31,451 nt of DNA from an uncultured Oscillospiraceae bacterium (GTDB taxonomy: Bacteria; Bacillota; Clostridia; Monoglobales; Monoglobaceae), in assembly GCA_964612315.1 (NCBI GenBank), contig CAZTEA010000001.1, positions 1 to 31,451 of the forward strand, written 5' to 3'. This document shows, in pieces, positions 27,553 to 31,451 of the stretch (positions within the stretch are counted from its first letter, which is position 1; each line of letters begins with the position of its first letter). The position numbers and the translations under genes were made by a program. The notes beneath the pieces are model-generated. The model saw only the letters and a list, made by a program, of their open reading frames with translations, was not told where the DNA came from and made no database searches.

Positions 27553-28017
27553 TTAACGCTTAACTGCTGCTTTCTTCATAAAATATTCCGTCAGCTTCTC
27601 CAAGGATTTAAGTACCGCAGTCAGTTCTTCATCGGAAATGGCATCTGAAACGAAATTCACCAATTCATCGTGAAAAGCTTTGTGCCTGATATTGACCTCG
27701 GTTCCCTTGTCTGTGGGACTGACCAAAACTACTCTGCGATCTTTTTCACTTCGTCTTCGTTTAACATAGCCCTTGTTAACCAAAGCATTAACCGCCGTTG
27801 TCAGCGAACCCGGTGAAACAGAAAGCACTCTCGCAATATTTGCCATAGTGTTAAGTCTTTGCCCCTCCAAAATATCAATCGCTTCAATGATATGCATTTC
27901 TCGAACGGATATATCCGCTCTTCCCACCTGCCGAAGACTTTGATCCTCCCACGCAAGAATTTGATTAAAAGCCATAACAAAAAATCCGTTAAGTTTTTCT
28001 TTTTGCTCCTGCGTCAA
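27553..28017 (-). CDS. fabT: MarR-family regulator of fatty-acid synthesis (FabT-like)
   Basis: ISVREMHIIEAI...MANIARVLSVSPGSLTTAVNALVNKGYVKRRRSEKDRRVV winged HTH; first gene of the fab cluster. Confidence 0.85.
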   Translation of the reverse strand: MTQEQKEKLNGFFVMAFNQILAWEDQSLRQVGRADISVREMHIIEAIDILEGQRLNTMANIARVLSVSPGSLTTAVNALVNKGYVKRRRSEKDRRVVLVSPTDKGTEVNIRHKAFHDELVNFVSDAISDEELTAVLKSLEKLTEYFMKKAAVKR

Positions 28018-28036
28018 TTTTTCTGCCTCCCCTTTT

Positions 28037-28070
28037 ACTTTATTACTTCAAATAGTTTGAACTTAAAAGT
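28037..28070. promoter_or_regulatory. Two adjacent 17-bp FabT-like quasi-palindromic operators
   Basis: ACTTTATTACTTCAAAT and AGTTTGAACTTAAAAGT lie between the -10 and the RBS of fabT and resemble streptococcal/enterococcal FabT boxes (recalled, not aligned). Confidence 0.6.
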
Positions 28071-28099
28071 ATTTTAACATAAGTCTCTTGTAATGTCAA
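28071..28099 (-). promoter_or_regulatory. Sigma-A promoter of the fab operon (TTGACA-17-TAAAAT, extended TGn)
   Basis: Minus strand reads ttgaca ttacaagagacttatgt taaaat. Confidence 0.8.
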
Positions 28100-28265
28100 T
28101 AAAATTTTATAATTTTTTGCGAAAAACAGATTTTGTCAAGCACAATTCCTCGTCTGCCTACATAATAAAGCAAAAAATACATCATAAGCTTTTGCCTTTG
28201 AAGTCTAACTTCGGTAAGAGCTATTAAAGGGGGAATACACAGCCAATACCTATCATTTGGCAAGA

Positions 28266-28302
28266 AAAAGCCACTATATCTTGCGTAAGATATTGTGGCT
28301 TT
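28266..28302 (-). terminator. Intrinsic terminator of the glycoside hydrolase gene
   Basis: Minus strand AAAGCCACAATATCTT-acgc-AAGATATAGTGGCTTTTT just after the stop codon. Confidence 0.75.
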
Positions 28303-28307
28303 GATTC

Positions 28308-30260
28308 TTATTCAACTACAATGATATCATAAATTTCAAGTTTATCCAGCGTTGTTTTCATTGCTCCGTTACTGTATTCAAATTCCAAACGGCGATTTTG
28401 TGGTATAAGCGTAACTTTCTTCGGACATTTTGCCATTTTTAATTCAATATCCAACGGCCCTATGCTCGGAATTTCATCGAACACGGCAACCCTTGAATTA
28501 TCGTGTTCACCATAGGTATTTATAAGGTTAATTGCTGTTTTTCCGTCTTTCTCATTAAGTGTCAGCTCAAGATGCTGTGAACCGGTAACCTTTAGCCTCA
28601 GCCTATCGGTTACGGATAAAATCGTCTCGTTTAACATCTTGCGCAAGATAGGGCTTCTGTGTTTTGAATATTCGCTTCCGAAATCAAAATATATACCTAC
28701 AGCTTTACCTTTTCCTACTTTCCTTACAGTTGCCCCCACATTATGTGAAGCATTTTGTGCACCGTTTTTGTATGCCTCAAAAAGGACTTCGGCATCTTTA
28801 ACTTCAATCTTCGGAAGAACGGTTTCGGGAATTGTTATGTAAGAACCGTTATCTCGTATAACCGGATTTTCTATGACCGCAGACTTGCCCACTTTAACCC
28901 CTAAAGCATCTTCAAACAGTCGTGCCGGACGAGCTCCGATAATTATAAGAGCTCCGCCGTTTTCAGCATATTTTACCAATTCATCTTTATTTCCTATGAT
29001 TTCCCATTCGGGAACAATAACTACCGCATATTCATTTATTGTATTCTTTAAATGATGCTCCGATACCACATCTACCACAAGTCCCGCATCAATAGCGCAC
29101 TCCATAATGCCTCTGCATTCGTTTTGAACTTCATCATAAAAGACAAACGGAACGCTTTCAGCATTAAAGCAGCCATCGGTGCTTAAAAGAATTGCGATTT
29201 GAGGTATACTTTGCCATTTGTGGCAATATGCCTGTCGTTCACGGCAAAACTTAGCTACCCCTTCAGCCGTTTTTACTTTATCCAACCAAACCGAACCGTC
29301 GCTGTTCTGAGTGTAGTAAATCTGAAACCCTCCGCCCTGAGCCAAAACAACTGCCGCTTCCTGGCAAAGGGCAACAACAGATTTCGTGTTATTGCGTCCC
29401 TGTTTTTCCGAAAAATTAAATGACCAAGCCATCAAATCCCACGGCTTTCCTTGTTTTGAAAGATATCTCGCCTCGTGTCTTGCTCCGTTAACCGAATCAA
29501 GGGGCGGCAAATCACCCGAAAGGTAGTCCAGATTGGCACAAACCGGAGCAGGGATATAGGTCGAAAATGCCCAATTACTCGCAATTTCCATATTGGGACA
29601 CACCTTATGAATTTCATCAACATAATGGTTTAGGTATTTAAAAAAGCTTCGGCGGGTGAAGTTAATATATTCTTTGGGAACATTTCCGTTTTCGTCAGGG
29701 ACGGGAACTTCCTTTCCCGTTTCTGACTTATATGCAGCCTTCGCCGTTTCCGAATAATCGGGATAAACGCCCCAACATTCACCATCGACCCACGCTCCGT
29801 CAATTCCATATTCTTCGTAAAGCTCTTTGATTTGAGGAATTAAAATCTTGTCTGCATATTCACCGTGCAACGCCGTACATTTATGATTGGGATTATCAAA
29901 CGCACCTATGAACTTTCCGTTATTGTCACAAGCGCCCCAACTCGGATTTTTCTCTACTGCCGCATTGTCTACCACGCCCGAATAATGAACATATAGAGAA
30001 ACATCATTCTCTTCCGTTGCCTTTCTCCAGATTTTGAGCGCATCTTCAGTAACCCCGGGAGCTGAATTTCCCAGCTTTGTTGCATAACTGGCATAGCCCG
30101 GATGGCCCTTGCAATCACATTGCATAAAATCAGGATGAACCGTATCTATAATTTCGGTAATCATCTCCAAAGTTGTGTTTTTTCCTATATTCTTATTTTC
30201 CTTACCGGCATGAAAATCAAAATGCAAACCGAAAAAACCTTCGCTTCTTTTCTTTTTCAT
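28308..30260 (-). CDS. Cytoplasmic glycoside hydrolase-like protein (GHL6/GH151 alpha-L-fucosidase-like TIM barrel plus class I GATase-like domain)
   Basis: FFGLHFDFHA, DFMQCDCKGHPGYASY, YVHYSGV, YGIDGAWVDGECW, GKPWDLMAWSF; central AVVIVPEW...LVKYAENGGALIIIG resembles a beta-galactosidase trimerisation domain; no signal peptide. Substrate not established. Confidence 0.65.
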   Translation of the reverse strand: MKKKRSEGFFGLHFDFHAGKENKNIGKNTTLEMITEIIDTVHPDFMQCDCKGHPGYASYATKLGNSAPGVTEDALKIWRKATEENDVSLYVHYSGVVDNAAVEKNPSWGACDNNGKFIGAFDNPNHKCTALHGEYADKILIPQIKELYEEYGIDGAWVDGECWGVYPDYSETAKAAYKSETGKEVPVPDENGNVPKEYINFTRRSFFKYLNHYVDEIHKVCPNMEIASNWAFSTYIPAPVCANLDYLSGDLPPLDSVNGARHEARYLSKQGKPWDLMAWSFNFSEKQGRNNTKSVVALCQEAAVVLAQGGGFQIYYTQNSDGSVWLDKVKTAEGVAKFCRERQAYCHKWQSIPQIAILLSTDGCFNAESVPFVFYDEVQNECRGIMECAIDAGLVVDVVSEHHLKNTINEYAVVIVPEWEIIGNKDELVKYAENGGALIIIGARPARLFEDALGVKVGKSAVIENPVIRDNGSYITIPETVLPKIEVKDAEVLFEAYKNGAQNASHNVGATVRKVGKGKAVGIYFDFGSEYSKHRSPILRKMLNETILSVTDRLRLKVTGSQHLELTLNEKDGKTAINLINTYGEHDNSRVAVFDEIPSIGPLDIELKMAKCPKKVTLIPQNRRLEFEYSNGAMKTTLDKLEIYDIIVVE

Positions 30261-30451
30261 AAAAGCAATCTCCTCAATCTATGTAATAATCTTATCTTAA
30301 CACACTAAGTCTTACAAAGCAAGTCATTTATTAAATTATTAAAGACAAATTTTAACTTCATCATATATGTTTGCAATGCTTCTGCGTAAAAATATCCACC
30401 ACATAAGGTGGTATTTCATTTTTTTGCATATTCCTAATACTATCTTTATAC

Positions 30452-30486
30452 AAAAAAATACCGTTGACGAGAGTCAACGGTATTTT
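30452..30486 (-). terminator. Intrinsic terminator of tuf
   Basis: AAAATACCGTTGAC-(4 nt)-GTCAACGGTATTTT with a U-tract on the minus strand. Confidence 0.88.
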
Positions 30487-30501
30487 AAATGCGAATTTAA
30501 A

Positions 30502-31451
30502 TTATTCGATGATAGATGTTACAACGCCGGAACCAACTGTTCTTCCGCCTTCACGAATAGCGAAACGGAGACCTTCTTCCATAGCGATATGTGTTGTAAG
30601 TTCAACTGTCATGGTAACATTGTCACCGGGCATACACATTTCTGTGCCTTCCGGAAGGTTAACGATACCGGTAACATCAGTTGTTCTGAAATAGAACTGA
30701 GGTCTGTAGTTTGTGAAGAACGGAGTATGACGACCGCCTTCTTCCTTTGTTAATACATAAACCTCACCTGTAAACTTAACATGAGGTGTGATTGAACCCG
30801 GTTTTGCGAGAACCTGTCCTCTTTCGATTTCGTTTCTCTGAACACCACGGAGAAGAGCACCGATGTTGTCACCAGCTTCAGCCTGATCAAGAAGCTTTCT
30901 GAACATTTCGATACCTGTAACAACAACCTTGCGGCTTTCGTCTGTAAGACCAACGATTTCAACTTCGTCAGAAACTACGAGAGTACCTCTTTCAACTCTA
31001 CCTGTAGCAACTGTACCACGACCTGTGATAGAGAATACATCTTCGACAGGCATAAGGAAGGGAAGATCGCTCTTTCTTTCCGGTGTGGGGATATATCTGT
31101 CAACTTCAGCCATAAGCTCATGAATACAAGCATATTCGGGAGCGTTCGGATCTGTTGAAGCACATTCCAATACTTGAAGACCGCTACCTTTAACGATCGG
31201 GATATCGTCACCCGGGAAATCATATTCAGAGAGAAGTTCTCTGATTTCCATTTCAACGAGTTCGAGAAGTTCGGGATCGTCTACCTGGTCAACCTTGTTC
31301 ATAAATACTACGATGTAGGGAACGCCAACCTGACGGGAGAGAAGAATGTGTTCTCTTGTCTGGGGCATAGGACCATCAGCAGAAGAAACAACGAGGATAG
31401 CACCATCCATCTGTGCTGCACCTGTGATCATGTTCTTTACATAGTCAGCGT
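30502..31451 (-). CDS. tuf: Elongation factor Tu, 3' part (5' end beyond the right edge)
   Basis: [88 protein letters not shown]. Confidence 0.99.
   Translation of the reverse strand, partial: ADYVKNMITGAAQMDGAILVVSSADGPMPQTREHILLSRQVGVPYIVVFMNKVDQVDDPELLELVEMEIRELLSEYDFPGDDIPIVKGSGLQVLECASTDPNAPEYACIHELMAEVDRYIPTPERKSDLPFLMPVEDVFSITGRGTVATGRVERGTLVVSDEVEIVGLTDESRKVVVTGIEMFRKLLDQAEAGDNIGALLRGVQRNEIERGQVLAKPGSITPHVKFTGEVYVLTKEEGGRHTPFFTNYRPQFYFRTTDVTGIVNLPEGTEMCMPGDNVTMTVELTTHIAMEEGLRFAIREGGRTVGSGVVTSIIE

Noticed and set aside
30385-30420. Small hairpin ATATCCACC-acataa-GGTGGTATT between the tuf terminator and the GH promoter
   Set aside because: Short and imperfect in an AT-rich spacer, with no supporting promoter or known motif.
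1-31451. CRISPR arrays, IS/transposases, integrases, prophage or defence genes
   Set aside because: No regularly spaced direct repeats, terminal inverted repeats with target duplications, or recombinase/phage/defence motifs were found; the inverted repeats seen are explained as terminators.

Overview
AT-rich, gene-dense chromosomal segment of a Clostridia (Bacillota) bacterium, consisting mostly of housekeeping genes; no mobile element, CRISPR array or prophage was seen. Order: 5' part of alaS (-, runs off the left edge); an unannotated ~175-nt structured non-coding unit with its own consensus promoter and terminator (-); the class III heat-shock operon ctsR-mcsA-mcsB-clpC with a CtsR operator; an aldo/keto reductase; murA; a secreted protein with tandem copper-amine-oxidase-N-terminal ('stalk') domains; tRNA-Lys(CUU) (-); an apparent operon proA - PPi-type pfk - 54-aa YxxP-leader peptide (absent from the ORF track) - secreted stalk-only protein - secreted calcineurin-like phosphoesterase; an RluA-family pseudouridine synthase coupled to addA (no addB); a DMT transporter and an AraC regulator (-); a CmpB-like membrane protein; a FASII cluster fabT-fabH-fabK-fabD-fabG-fabF-fabZ (-) lacking acpP/acc, with tandem FabT-like operators; a GHL6/GH151-like glycoside hydrolase (-); and the 3' part of tuf (-). 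The two best leads are the orphan structured RNA upstream of alaS and the lasso/RiPP-leader-like peptide at the head of a secreted-protein cassette. All calls come from reading motifs by eye; no database searches were run.
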